Assembly (NCBI GenBank): GCA_964291285.2
Contig: OZ219787.1
Span: 1,280,001 to 1,344,000 of the forward strand
Source: Alphaproteobacteria bacterium
GTDB lineage: Bacteria; Pseudomonadota; Alphaproteobacteria; Bin95
Direction of reading: 5' to 3'
DNA length: 64,000 nucleotides
Part shown: piece after piece, positions 10,345 through 20,621 of the stretch
How positions within the stretch are numbered: the stretch's first letter is position 1
How the letters are laid out: the number at the start of each line of letters is the position of its first letter
The notes under the pieces: generated by a model
The model's input: the letters and a program-made list of their open reading frames with translations, nothing else
Database searches by the model: none
Told to the model about the DNA's origin: nothing
Position numbers and translations under genes: made by a program

Positions 10345-11571
10345 ATGGAACACGACTTCCACCGAATCCGGCGCCTGCCGCCCTATCTGTTCGCCGAGGT
10401 GAACGAGATGAAGGCCCGCGCGCGCGCCGCCGGCGAGGACATTATCGATTTCGGCATGGGCAATCCCGACCGGCCGACGCCGCCTCACATCGTCGAGAAG
10501 ATGGTCGAAACGATCCGCGATCCCCGCTCTCACCGCTATTCGACCTCGCGCGGCATACCGGGGCTGCGGCGTGCGATCGCGGCCTATTACGACCGGCGCT
10601 TCGGCGTGGAGATCGACCCCGACCGGGAGGCGGTCGTCACGCTCGGCTCCAAGGAAGGGCTCGCCAATCTCGCCCAGGCGATCTCCTCGCCGGGCGATAT
10701 CGTGCTGGTGCCCAATCCGTCATACCCGATCCACCCCTACGGCTTCATCATCGCCGGCGCGTCGGCCCGGCACATCCCCGTGGGGCCGGGCCATGACTTC
10801 ATGGCCGAGCTGGAGCGCGCGGCGCGCCATTCCGTGCCGCCGCCGACTGCGCTCCTGCTGAGCTACCCGTCCAATCCGACGGCCGAGGTGGCCGATCTCG
10901 ACTTCTATGGCGAGGTGGTCGATTTCTGCCGCCGGCGCGGGATCTGGATCATCTCCGACCTCGCCTATGCGGAAATCTGGTTCGACGGGCCGCCGCCGCC
11001 TTCCGTGCTGCAGGTGCCGGGGGCCCGCGACATCGCGGTCGAGTTCACCTCGCTCTCGAAGACCTACTCCATGCCGGGATGGAGGGTCGGCTTCTGTGTA
11101 GGCAATCAGCGGCTCGTCGGCGCGCTCACGCGGGTGAAGTCCTATCTCGACTACGGCGCCTTCACCCCGATCCAGGTTGCCGCGGTGGCGGCGCTGAACG
11201 GCCCGCAGGACTGCGTGGAGGAGATCCGGGCGCTCTATCGGGAGCGGCGCGACACGCTGGTGGACGCCTTCGGGCAGGCGGGCTGGGAGGTGCCGCCGCC
11301 GCCGGCGACCATGTTCGCCTGGGCGCCGCTGCCGCCGGCGCTCGCAGGCATGGGCTCGCTGGCGTTCTCCAAGCTGCTGCTGCGCGAGGCAAAGGTGGCC
11401 GTGTCACCGGGCGTGGGCTTCGGCGAACATGGCGAGGGGTTCGTGCGCCTGGCGCTGGTGGAGAACCGGCAGCGCATCCGGCAGGCGGCGCGCGGCGTCA
11501 GGCAGTTCCTGGCGGAAGCCGAGGCTTTTGCCGGGAAGGCGGAGCGGCGCGCCGCCGCAGCCGCGCGATGA
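10345..11571 (+). CDS. PLP-dependent class I/II aminotransferase (AlaC / LL-DAP aminotransferase-like)
   Basis: RLPPYLF, IDFGMGNPD, GSKEGL, YPSNPT, DLAY, SLSKTYSMPGWRVG; sits upstream of hom. Confidence 0.9.
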   Translation: MEHDFHRIRRLPPYLFAEVNEMKARARAAGEDIIDFGMGNPDRPTPPHIVEKMVETIRDPRSHRYSTSRGIPGLRRAIAAYYDRRFGVEIDPDREAVVTLGSKEGLANLAQAISSPGDIVLVPNPSYPIHPYGFIIAGASARHIPVGPGHDFMAELERAARHSVPPPTALLLSYPSNPTAEVADLDFYGEVVDFCRRRGIWIISDLAYAEIWFDGPPPPSVLQVPGARDIAVEFTSLSKTYSMPGWRVGFCVGNQRLVGALTRVKSYLDYGAFTPIQVAAVAALNGPQDCVEEIRALYRERRDTLVDAFGQAGWEVPPPPATMFAWAPLPPALAGMGSLAFSKLLLREAKVAVSPGVGFGEHGEGFVRLALVENRQRIRQAARGVRQFLAEAEAFAGKAERRAAAAAR

Positions 11572-12857
11572 CGGCGCTCAGGATTGCCGTCGCCGGGCTC
11601 GGCACGGTTGGCGCCGGTCTGGTCCGGCTCGTCGAGCGCGAGGCGGACCTGCTGGAGCTCAGGGCCGGGCGCCGGATAGAGATCGTCGATGTATCGGCGC
11701 GCGAGCGCGGCCGCGACCGGGGCGTGGCGCTGGACCGCTACCGCTGGCACGACGATGCCGTCGCCATGGCGCGCGGCACCGACGCCGATGTCGTGGTCGA
11801 GCTGATCGGCGGCTCCGACGGGCCGGCCAAGGCGGTCTGCGAGGCGGCGCTCGGCGCCGGCCGGCATGTGGTCACGGCCAACAAGGCGCTGCTCGCCCAT
11901 CACGGCGCGGACCTCGCCCGCGCGGCGGAGGCGGCCGGGGCGGTGCTCTCCTGGGAAGCCGCGGTGGCGGGCGGCATCCCCGCGATCAAGGCGGTGCGCG
12001 AGGGGCTCGCCGGCAACGAAATCCAGCGCGTGATGGGCATTCTGAACGGCACCTGCAACTACATGCTTTCGGACATGCGCCGGACGGGGCGGGACTTTGC
12101 GACCGTGCTGAAGGAAGCGCAGGACCTGGGTTATGCCGAAGCCGATCCGGGCTTCGACATAGACGGCGTGGACGCGGCCCACAAGCTCGCCATCCTCGCC
12201 AGCCTCGCCTTCGGCGTGGAGGTCGGTCTGGCGGCCGTGCATGTCGAGGGCATCCGCAGCGTATCGGCGCTCGACATCGCCTTTGCCGAGGAACTGGGCT
12301 ACCGGATCAAGCTGCTCGGTATTGCGCGCCGGTCGGAGGCCGGACTGGAGCAGCGCGTCCATCCCTGCATGGTGCCAGTCGAGGCGCCGATCGCGCATGT
12401 GGACGGGGTGATCAACGCCGTCGTGGTCGAGGGCAGCCAGGTCGGCCGCACCGTGCTCGAAGGCCCCGGCGCCGGCGCGGGCCCGACCGCTTCGGCCGTC
12501 GCCGCCGACATCGTCGACATCGCGCGGGGCAACGGCACGCCGGCCTTCGGCGTGCCGGCCGCGGCGCTCCAGCCCCTGCAGGCGGCTCCGATGGACGCCC
12601 ATCGCGGCGCCTACTATATCCGCCTCATGGTGGTGGACCGGCCCCGCGTGCTCGCTTCGGTCGCCACCAGCCTCGGCGCGCACGGCATTTCCATCGAATC
12701 CGTGCTCCAGCGGGGCCGCGCGCCGGAAGAGCGTGTTCCCGTCGTGATCGTCACCCATGAGACCGAGGAGCGCGAACTGAAGGCGGCGCTTGCCGAAATC
12801 GCGCGCCAGGAGGCGGTGGCCGAGCCGCCGCTTTCGATCCGTATCGAGGCCCTGTAG
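11568..12857 (+). CDS. hom: Homoserine dehydrogenase with ACT domain
   Basis: GLGTVG, VVTANKA, EAAVAGGIP, GILNGTCNY, GYAEADP, DAAHKL; ATGA overlap with the upstream gene. Confidence 0.95.
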   Translation: MTALRIAVAGLGTVGAGLVRLVEREADLLELRAGRRIEIVDVSARERGRDRGVALDRYRWHDDAVAMARGTDADVVVELIGGSDGPAKAVCEAALGAGRHVVTANKALLAHHGADLARAAEAAGAVLSWEAAVAGGIPAIKAVREGLAGNEIQRVMGILNGTCNYMLSDMRRTGRDFATVLKEAQDLGYAEADPGFDIDGVDAAHKLAILASLAFGVEVGLAAVHVEGIRSVSALDIAFAEELGYRIKLLGIARRSEAGLEQRVHPCMVPVEAPIAHVDGVINAVVVEGSQVGRTVLEGPGAGAGPTASAVAADIVDIARGNGTPAFGVPAAALQPLQAAPMDAHRGAYYIRLMVVDRPRVLASVATSLGAHGISIESVLQRGRAPEERVPVVIVTHETEERELKAALAEIARQEAVAEPPLSIRIEAL

Positions 12858-12881
12858 CGAAACCGGGAGGAGGCCTGCCCG

Positions 12882-13892
12882 ATGTCAGACACACCGTCCC
12901 CAGCAGACAGCGCCAGGGCCGCCATGGACCGCAACCTCGCGCTGGAAGCGGTTCGCGTGACAGAGGCCGCCGCGCTCGCGGCATCGCGCCTGATGGGCCG
13001 CGGCGACGAGAAGGCGGCCGACCAGGCGGCGGTGGACGCCATGCGCCGGGCGCTGAACGACCTGACCATCGACGGCACCGTCGTGATCGGCGAGGGCGAG
13101 CGGGACGAGGCGCCGATGCTCTATATCGGCGAGCGGGTGGGCGCCGGGGGCCCGAAGATCGACATCGCGCTGGACCCGCTGGAAGGCACCACGATCACGG
13201 CCAAGGGCGGCTCGAATGCGCTCGCCGTCATCGCCATGGCGGAGGAGGGCGGCTTCCTGCATGCGCCGGACGTCTATATGGACAAGATCGCCGTGGGCGG
13301 GGACCTGCCGGACGGCGTGGTCGATCTCGATCGCAGCCCGGCCGACAACCTCGCAGCGCTCGCCGACGCCAAGGGCGTGGCCGTCGCCGACCTCGTGGTC
13401 TGCATTCTCGACCGGCCCCGGCACGAAGACCTGATCGGCGCGGTGCGCGATGCCGGCTCGCGCATCCAGCTCATCCAGGACGGCGACGTCTCGGGCGTCA
13501 TCGCCACATCGCGGCCGGACAGCGGCATCGACATCTATATGGGCTCGGGCGGCGCGCCGGAGGGCGTGCTGGCGGCGGCGGCGCTGCGCTGCATCGGCGG
13601 CCAGTTCCAGGGCCGGCTGCTGTTTCGCAACGACGACGAGCGCGCCCGTGCTGAGCGTATCGGCATCGAGGACCTGAACCGCAAATACGATCTGCTGGAG
13701 CTTGCCAGCGGCGATGTCATGTTCGCGGCAACGGGCGTGACCTCCGGCACCATGCTGCGCGGCGTGCGCCGATTCGCCGGCGGCGGCTACACACACTCCA
13801 TGATCATGCGTTCCAAGAGCGGCACGGTGCGGACCGTCGAGGCCTGGCATAATTTCGACCGCAAGACCGGCTTCGACGCCGTGGACAGCTGA
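12882..13892 (+). CDS. glpX: Class II fructose-1,6-bisphosphatase
   Basis: RVTEAAA, ADQAAV, VIGEGERDEAPMLY, DPLEGT, GGAPEGV, FAATGVT. Confidence 0.95.
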   Translation: MSDTPSPADSARAAMDRNLALEAVRVTEAAALAASRLMGRGDEKAADQAAVDAMRRALNDLTIDGTVVIGEGERDEAPMLYIGERVGAGGPKIDIALDPLEGTTITAKGGSNALAVIAMAEEGGFLHAPDVYMDKIAVGGDLPDGVVDLDRSPADNLAALADAKGVAVADLVVCILDRPRHEDLIGAVRDAGSRIQLIQDGDVSGVIATSRPDSGIDIYMGSGGAPEGVLAAAALRCIGGQFQGRLLFRNDDERARAERIGIEDLNRKYDLLELASGDVMFAATGVTSGTMLRGVRRFAGGGYTHSMIMRSKSGTVRTVEAWHNFDRKTGFDAVDS

Positions 13893-13913
13893 CTTCCATG
13901 TCCTGCCGCGGAT

Positions 13914-15686
13914 ATGGGAACTGAGCCCTTCCTCGGCGTTGCGCGCTCGCTCAGGGGGCGTGCCTGGCGCGAGCGGCCCGGCGACGCCAGGGCCGCGGCG
14001 GCGATAGCCGAGAGGGAAGGGTTGCCGGACATCGCCGCGCGGGTGCTCGCCAACCGGGGCGTGACGCCGGAGGCCGCACCCGCCTTCCTCAGGCCGCAGC
14101 TCAGGACCTCGCTTCCGGACCCGTCGGGCCTCAGGGACATGGACATGGCGGCCGAGCGGCTTGCCGACGCGGCCGAGGCCGGCGAGACCGTCGCCGTGTT
14201 CGCCGACTACGATGTGGACGGCGCGACCTCCGCTGCCCTGCTCGCCCGCTTCCTCGAGGCGACGGGCGGCAAGGCGAGCGTCCATGTGCCCGACCGCATC
14301 ACCGAGGGTTACGGCCCGAACGATGCGGCGTTCGACCGGTTCGCGGCGGAGGGACGCCGGCTCGTGCTGCTGGTCGATTGCGGCACCACGGCCTTCGGGC
14401 CGCTCGCCCATGCCGCCGGTCTCGGCCTCGAATGCGTCGTACTCGACCACCACCTGCCCGAGGCCCGCCTGCCGGAAGCGCTCGCGGTCGTAAATCCGAA
14501 CCGCATGGACGAGACGGGCGCGCTCGGCGGTCTGGCTGCGGTCGGGGTCGTCTTCCTGCTGGTCGTGGCGGCAAACCGCGCGCTCCGCCGGCGCGGCCAC
14601 TACCGGTTCCGCCCGGAGCCGGACCTGCGTGGCTGGCTCGACCTCGTGGCGCTCGGCACGGTGGCCGACGTGATGGACCTGACCGGCCTCAACCGCACTT
14701 TCGTTGCCCGCGGCCTCGAAGTGCTGGCGCGAAGAGGCAATCCCGGCATCGCGGCGCTGCTCGCCGCCGCCGGCGTCGAGCGGCGGCCGGGCGCCTACCA
14801 TCTGGGCTTCGTGCTCGGCCCCCGGATCAATGCCGGCGGGCGCGTCGGCGAGGCGGGGCTGGGGGCCCGGCTGCTCGCCACCGGCGATGCGGATGAGGCG
14901 CGCCGCATCGCGGAGGTGCTGGAGCGGCTCAACAGCGAACGCCGGCAGGTCGAGGCGGACGTCCTCGCCGCCGCGCTTGCCACCGAGCCGGAGGAAGGCG
15001 CGCCCTTCGTTCTGGCGGTCGGCGAAGGCTGGCATCCGGGAGTCGTCGGCATCGTCGCGAGCCGGCTGGTGGAGCGGTTCCGCAGGCCGGCGCTGGTCGG
15101 CGCGCTGGAGGGCGGGCGGATACGCGGCTCGGCGCGCTCTGTCCCCGGCGTCCCCATCGGCCCGGCGGTGCTCGCCGCCAGGGATGCGGGGCTGCTGGAG
15201 GCGGGCGGCGGCCACGACATGGCGGCCGGCTTCACGCTCGACGAGGCGAAGCGCGCGGCCTTCGAGGCGTTCCTTGCCGAACGGCTGGGACCGCTGGTGC
15301 CGGCGGAAGGGCATGTCCGGCCGCTCGACATCGATGCAGGCCTGTCCGTTGCGGGCGCGACGGGCGGCCTGCTGGAGCATCTGGCGGGGATCGAGCCCTT
15401 CGGCCGCGGCAATCCGGAGCCTGTCTTTGCGCTGCCGGCGGTGCGCGTGCGCTACGCCCGCATCGTCGGCAGGAACCATGTCCGCGCCGACCTTGCTGAC
15501 GCCGGCGGCGGGCGCCTCGCGGCCATCGCCTTCCGCTCGGCCGAAACGCCGCTCGGGCAGGCGCTGCTGGAGACCAACGGGCGCGCGCTGCATGTGGCCG
15601 GAACCCTCCGGGCCGACGACTGGCGTGGGAACGGCGCGGTCCAGTTCGTCGTTTCAGACGCGGCGCCGGCGGAGGCCGCTTCGTAG
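13914..15686 (+). CDS. recJ: ssDNA-specific exonuclease RecJ
   Basis: DYDVDG, DHH, ALGTVADV, GPRINAGGR, GGGHDMAAG, EPFGRGNPEP. Confidence 0.95.
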   Translation: MGTEPFLGVARSLRGRAWRERPGDARAAAAIAEREGLPDIAARVLANRGVTPEAAPAFLRPQLRTSLPDPSGLRDMDMAAERLADAAEAGETVAVFADYDVDGATSAALLARFLEATGGKASVHVPDRITEGYGPNDAAFDRFAAEGRRLVLLVDCGTTAFGPLAHAAGLGLECVVLDHHLPEARLPEALAVVNPNRMDETGALGGLAAVGVVFLLVVAANRALRRRGHYRFRPEPDLRGWLDLVALGTVADVMDLTGLNRTFVARGLEVLARRGNPGIAALLAAAGVERRPGAYHLGFVLGPRINAGGRVGEAGLGARLLATGDADEARRIAEVLERLNSERRQVEADVLAAALATEPEEGAPFVLAVGEGWHPGVVGIVASRLVERFRRPALVGALEGGRIRGSARSVPGVPIGPAVLAARDAGLLEAGGGHDMAAGFTLDEAKRAAFEAFLAERLGPLVPAEGHVRPLDIDAGLSVAGATGGLLEHLAGIEPFGRGNPEPVFALPAVRVRYARIVGRNHVRADLADAGGGRLAAIAFRSAETPLGQALLETNGRALHVAGTLRADDWRGNGAVQFVVSDAAPAEAAS

Positions 15687-15717
15687 TGTCCCGGTTCCGC
15701 ATGCGTCTGGGGTGGTC

Positions 15718-16398
15718 ATGAACCCGGAAACAAAGATCGAGGTCTTCTCGCGGCGCAATGCCAGCAATGTGCTGCCGGTGATGTGGACAATCGGGGAGCT
15801 GGGAATTCCTTACGTCAGACATGATGTCGGGGGATCGTTCGGGGGGACCGATACCTCCGACTATCTGGCGATGAATCCGAACGGGAGGATACCGACGATC
15901 CGGGACGGGGACTTCGTTCTGTGGGAATCCAACGCCATCGTCCGCTATCTCTGCAGACGTTATGACAGGAACAATGTTCTGCTTCCGGAAACCGACGAAG
16001 GTTATGCGCTGGCGGACCAGTGGATGGACTGGCACAAGACGACCCTCTACCCGCCCTACATCGATCTTGTCTGGGCCCTCGTCAGGACCGAACCGGCGGT
16101 CCGGGACCGGGGAAAGATCGCCGATCTGCTGGCAGTCACCGAGGACGTCCTGGCCGTTCTGGAAGGGCGGCTTGGCGTATCGAGCCACGTGGTCGGGGAC
16201 CGCCTCACCATGGCGGACATCCCCTTCGGCGCCCTGGTACACCGCTATCTGAATTTGGAAATCGACCGCACACCGCTGCCGTGCATCGACGCCTGGTACC
16301 GCCGTCTGGCGGAGCGGCCGGCCTTTGCGGAGCACGTCATGTTTCCGTTCGGGCGCAATCCCGGCGAGTGGTACCGCCTGGAACGGGAGACGCCGTAG
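15718..16398 (+). CDS. Glutathione S-transferase family protein
   Basis: SNV..VMW, LAMNPNGRIPTI, LWESNAIVRYL, TMADI. Confidence 0.9.
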   Translation: MNPETKIEVFSRRNASNVLPVMWTIGELGIPYVRHDVGGSFGGTDTSDYLAMNPNGRIPTIRDGDFVLWESNAIVRYLCRRYDRNNVLLPETDEGYALADQWMDWHKTTLYPPYIDLVWALVRTEPAVRDRGKIADLLAVTEDVLAVLEGRLGVSSHVVGDRLTMADIPFGALVHRYLNLEIDRTPLPCIDAWYRRLAERPAFAEHVMFPFGRNPGEWYRLERETP

Positions 16399-16549
16399 CC
16401 GGCCTTGACTCCGGTTCCTTGTGCGGCGGTTAATCGCATCGGGCGGCGTTGGACGCCCTTCGGCAAGCATCCCCGGAAGACACCGGGACGGAGCGCGGTT
16501 TGGGCCCTCCGTCCGTGCCTGCCGTTCCGGGGCAAGGGGAGGAGAATCG

Positions 16550-17536
16550 ATGAACAGGATCACTGCGAGACTCGGGTTCGCCGCTTGCGCATTTCTGGCT
16601 GCGGTCGGCTTCGGACCCGCCCAGGCGGAGTTCCCGGAAAAGCCGGTCACCATCGTCGTGCCTTGGCAGGCCGGCTCGAGCCCGGACGTCGCCATGCGCA
16701 CCCTGGCCTCGCTTGCGAGCGACGACCTCGGCCAGCCCATCGTGGTGCAGAACATCGTCGGCGGGTCCGGCTCGGTCGGCACGCTGGCGGTCAGGAACGC
16801 GGCGGCGGACGGCTACACGCTGCTCAACAACTGGGTGGCGCCGCATGTCGTGGCCCGGCTTTTCAACCCGGAGATCGGCTACAACGACAAGGACTTCGCG
16901 CCGCTCTTCGGCCTGATCGCGCTGCCGTTCACGCTCGCCGTGCGCGCCGACCATCCGGCGACCGACGTGGCGAGCTTCGTCGAATGGGCGAATGCCCAGG
17001 ACCGGCCCGTAAACGTCGGCATCTGCGCCGCCCTTTCGGTGCCGCGCATGGTGATGGAGGAGTTCCTGCGTACTTCGGGGGTGAAGAACTACAAGCCCGT
17101 GCCCTTCAACGGCTGCATGCCGGACAATGTGAAGGCGCTGCTCGACGGTTCCCTTGACGCCACGACGGGCGTGCTGATCGCCGAGAAGATCTTCGGCGAC
17201 GCCATAAAGACGCTGGCGGTACTGACCGACGACCGGGTCTCCTTCGCCGACCACATCCCGACGGCGAAGGAGCAGGGCGTGGATATCGGCTGGGGCAAGA
17301 CCTCGCAGGGCTGGGCAGGCATCGTGGCGCCCGCGGGCACGCCGGAAGCCGCGCTGGAGAAGCTTCGGGCCGTGCTCGGCAAGCATGTCCGGACGCCGGC
17401 CTTCCTCGACAAGATGACGGCGCAGTTCATCCCGATCGAATATAGCGGGCCGGACGAGTTCCGGGCGCTCTGGACCCGTTCGGCGGCGCTTCTGGAGCCG
17501 GCTGTCCAGCGCCTGCTCAAGGAGAAGAAGAACTAG
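16550..17536 (+). CDS. tctC: Tripartite tricarboxylate transporter substrate-binding protein (TctC/Bug)
   Basis: Signal peptide; FPEKPVTIVVPW, LGQPIVVQN, ADGYTLL, IPTAKEQG, GIVAPAGTP. Confidence 0.88.
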   Translation: MNRITARLGFAACAFLAAVGFGPAQAEFPEKPVTIVVPWQAGSSPDVAMRTLASLASDDLGQPIVVQNIVGGSGSVGTLAVRNAAADGYTLLNNWVAPHVVARLFNPEIGYNDKDFAPLFGLIALPFTLAVRADHPATDVASFVEWANAQDRPVNVGICAALSVPRMVMEEFLRTSGVKNYKPVPFNGCMPDNVKALLDGSLDATTGVLIAEKIFGDAIKTLAVLTDDRVSFADHIPTAKEQGVDIGWGKTSQGWAGIVAPAGTPEAALEKLRAVLGKHVRTPAFLDKMTAQFIPIEYSGPDEFRALWTRSAALLEPAVQRLLKEKKN

Positions 17537-17554
17537 CCGGAAACGGCCCGGCAG

Positions 17555-18103
17555 GTGCGCGAACCCGCGACCGGAACGCGGCCGGACCGGGAACGGGAAG
17601 CCGGCTGGCGGACGGACCTCGCCGCCAGCCTTGCGAGCATGGGCCTCGGCGCCTGGCTCTTCCGGGAGACCTTCTCGTTCTCCGTCACGGCGTCGGAGCG
17701 GGTCGGCGGCGGGATCGATGCCGCCGGCTATCCGCGCCTGCTGGCCGGGCTCACCGTGCTGCTCGGGCTGGCGCTTGCCGGGCGGGCGCTCTGGAAATGG
17801 CGTGCGGCGGGGCGGGCTGCCGCGCCCGGCCCGACCGGCGATGAAGCGGGGCAGGGCGGCGGGAAACTCCGGGCGGCTCTCTCCTTCGCGGTGCTGCTGC
17901 TCTACACGCTGCTGCTCGAACCGCTGGGCTTCCTGCTGGCGACTCCGGTGGCCGTCGGAGTCCTGCTGCGAATCGTCGGCGGGCGGGGTCCCGTGCATGC
18001 CGCGGTTGCGGCCGTCGCCTTCACGGTCGCGATCTTCGTCTTCTTCCGCTATGGCGTGAACATCGTGCTGCCGGAGGGGCTGCTCAGGGGGATCAGCCCC
18101 TGA
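17555..18103 (+). CDS. tctB: TTT small membrane subunit
   Basis: 4-5 TM segments, YPRL, LGFLLAT, C-terminal LPEG; between tctC and tctA. Confidence 0.8.
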   Translation: MREPATGTRPDREREAGWRTDLAASLASMGLGAWLFRETFSFSVTASERVGGGIDAAGYPRLLAGLTVLLGLALAGRALWKWRAAGRAAAPGPTGDEAGQGGGKLRAALSFAVLLLYTLLLEPLGFLLATPVAVGVLLRIVGGRGPVHAAVAAVAFTVAIFVFFRYGVNIVLPEGLLRGISP

Positions 18104-19590
18104 TGGCCGAACTCGGCGGGCTTCTGGCGGAGCTGGGCGGCCTTGTCGGGCTGGCGCAGGTCGGCGCGCTGCTCATCGGCCTTGTGCTCGGCATCATCGT
18201 GGGCGTGCTGCCGGGGCTGGGACCTCTGCTGGGCGTTACGCTCGCCATACCCTTCACCTTCCACATGGACCCGGTGTCCAGCATCGCGCTGCTCATCGGC
18301 TTCTACCAGGGCGGATCCTACGGGGGCGCGGTGACGGCCACCGTGCTCGGCATACCGGGCACGCCCATCGCCGCCGCAACCCTCCTCGACGCCCATCCCA
18401 TGGCGCTTGCCGGGCGTTCCTCGGAGGCGGTGACGCTGGCCACGCTCGCATCGTGGATCGGCGGGCTGATCGGCGGCACAGTCCTGCTCTTCACCTCGCC
18501 TGCGCTCGCCAAGATTGCGGTCCGCTTCGGCCCGGCGGAGACCTTCGCGCTCGCCGCGCTCGGCTTGACCGCCATCGCCAGCCTCAGCCAGGGCAGCACC
18601 TTGAAAGGCCTGCTCTCGGGCCTTTTCGGCCTGATGTGCGCCACCATCGGCACCGACCCGTTCACCGGCATCGCACGCTTCAATTTCGACCGGACGGAGT
18701 TTTCCGGCGGCCTCACATTCGTCGCACTGCTGGTCGGGCTCTTCGCGGTCTCCGAAGTGCTGATGCAGATCGAGCGGACTCTGCGCGGCTGGCAGGCGAG
18801 CGAGCGTATCGGCGTCGCCTTCTCCATGTTCAGGACGCTCGTATCGCGCTTCTTCGGCTATCTCCGGGCGAGTCTGGTCGGCGTCGGCATCGGCATCATC
18901 CCGGCCGTCGGCGGCGTCACCTCCGCCTTCCTCGCCTACAAGCTCGCGCGGGACTTCTCGAAGGAGCCGGAGCGCTTCGGCAAGGGCGCGCCGGAAGGCG
19001 TGATCGCCAGCGAGGCCGCCAACTCGGCGACGACCGGCGGCGCGCTCATCCCGATGCTGGCGCTCGGCATACCGGGCGACCCCATCGTGGCCGTGATGAT
19101 GGGCGGGCTGCTCATCCACGGCGTCACGCCCGGTCCGATGCTGTTCTTCACCAATCTCGACGTGTTGAACGGCATTTTCGCAACCTTCCTGATCGGCGCG
19201 ATGCTGTTGCTGCCGCTCGGCCTGGCGCTGCTGCCGCTGTTCGTCCGCGTGCTCCGGGTGCCGCTCGACTACATGCTCGCCGGCGTGCTGCTGCTGGCCA
19301 TATTCGGCACCTTCGCGGTGCAGCGGCAGACGCTCGACCTCTGGATCATGTGGCTGTTCGGGGTCGTCGGCTACGCCATGCGCAAGGCGGGCTTTCCGCT
19401 GGCGCCGCTGGTGATCGGCTTCGTGCTCGGCCCCATCGTGGAAGTAAACCTCCGGCGCGCGGCAACGCTCGCAAGTTCGGACCTCGCGGGCTATTTCCTC
19501 GGCCGGCCCATCGCGCTCGGCATATTGGTCCTTGTGCTGCTGGCACTCGCGTTCCCGCTGCTGCGGGCCTTGTGGCAGCGCAGGGCCTGA
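18103..19590 (+). CDS. tctA: TTT large permease
   Basis: GVLPGLG, YGG...IPGTP, FGPAE, EAANS, IPMLALGIPGD, HGVTPGP. Confidence 0.92.
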   Translation: MAELGGLLAELGGLVGLAQVGALLIGLVLGIIVGVLPGLGPLLGVTLAIPFTFHMDPVSSIALLIGFYQGGSYGGAVTATVLGIPGTPIAAATLLDAHPMALAGRSSEAVTLATLASWIGGLIGGTVLLFTSPALAKIAVRFGPAETFALAALGLTAIASLSQGSTLKGLLSGLFGLMCATIGTDPFTGIARFNFDRTEFSGGLTFVALLVGLFAVSEVLMQIERTLRGWQASERIGVAFSMFRTLVSRFFGYLRASLVGVGIGIIPAVGGVTSAFLAYKLARDFSKEPERFGKGAPEGVIASEAANSATTGGALIPMLALGIPGDPIVAVMMGGLLIHGVTPGPMLFFTNLDVLNGIFATFLIGAMLLLPLGLALLPLFVRVLRVPLDYMLAGVLLLAIFGTFAVQRQTLDLWIMWLFGVVGYAMRKAGFPLAPLVIGFVLGPIVEVNLRRAATLASSDLAGYFLGRPIALGILVLVLLALAFPLLRALWQRRA

Positions 19591-19610
19591 GAATCGAAGG
19601 AGGAAGCGAC

Positions 19611-20558
19611 ATGGAATTCGGACTGGTGATGCCGCAGCACGGCGCCTTCGCCAACCGGGCGAGCCTCGAACGCATGGCCCGCGCCGGGGAGGACATGGGC
19701 TTCGCCTCCATCTGGGCGATCGACCACATCATCATTCCCCGCCCCTTCGTCGAGCGCTTCTCGGACAGGGTTTACGGGCTGTTCAGCACGCTTGGCTTCC
19801 TCGCCGGAATCACCGACCGGGTGAAGCTCGGAACGACGGTGATCGTGCTGCCCTACCGCCATCCCGTAACCCTGGCCAAGGAGATGGCGAGCGTGGACGA
19901 CCTCTCCGGCGGGCGCACGATATACGGCGTCGCCTTCGGCTGGATCAGGGAGGAATACGAGGCGCTCGATATCCCCTTCGCCCGGCGCGGCGCGAGGGCG
20001 GACGAGATGCTGCGCATCATGGACCATCTGTGGTCGGAGGGGCCGAACGGTTTCCGGGGCGAGTTCTACGAGTTCGAAGATTTCGCCTTCAACCCGCCTC
20101 CGGCGCAGAAACCGCGCCCGCCGATATGGATCGGCGGCAACAATGAGCGCGCGCTCCGGCGCGTCGTGCAGTACGGGGACGGATGGCACCCGATCACCTC
20201 GGCCCGGAGGCCGGGCTCGGTGCAGTGGACCGTGGACGACCTGCGCCGCCGGCTGAAGCTGCTCGACCGGATGGCCGAAGAGGCGGGCCGGGACCCGGCA
20301 AGCATCGCGCGCTCGCTCCATGCGACGCTCGCCTTCGACATCGACGCCACGGCCTTCCTCGGCGATGGCTACGCCTTCACCGGCAGCCGCGACGACATAC
20401 GCCGCAAGCTGGACGCGGCGCGGGACATGGGGCTGGAGCACATCACCCTCAATCCCTGGTACACGATCCCCGGCCGCATCCACGAACCGACCGTCGATAC
20501 CGCCATGGCGACGGTCGAACGCTTCGTCGAGGAGGTGATGAGCGACTACGCCGATTGA
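19611..20558 (+). CDS. LLM-class oxidoreductase, probable F420-dependent type
   Basis: GFASIWAIDH, LGTTVIVLPYRHP, DDLSGGR, GW.REEY, PPIWIGG, GDGW. Confidence 0.85.
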   Translation: MEFGLVMPQHGAFANRASLERMARAGEDMGFASIWAIDHIIIPRPFVERFSDRVYGLFSTLGFLAGITDRVKLGTTVIVLPYRHPVTLAKEMASVDDLSGGRTIYGVAFGWIREEYEALDIPFARRGARADEMLRIMDHLWSEGPNGFRGEFYEFEDFAFNPPPAQKPRPPIWIGGNNERALRRVVQYGDGWHPITSARRPGSVQWTVDDLRRRLKLLDRMAEEAGRDPASIARSLHATLAFDIDATAFLGDGYAFTGSRDDIRRKLDAARDMGLEHITLNPWYTIPGRIHEPTVDTAMATVERFVEEVMSDYAD

Positions 20559-20621
20559 AGCGGGAGGAAGCCGGACCGTCGAGGCCGCCGCGCCGGCGCT
20601 TCGCAACGACAGGACCGTGCC

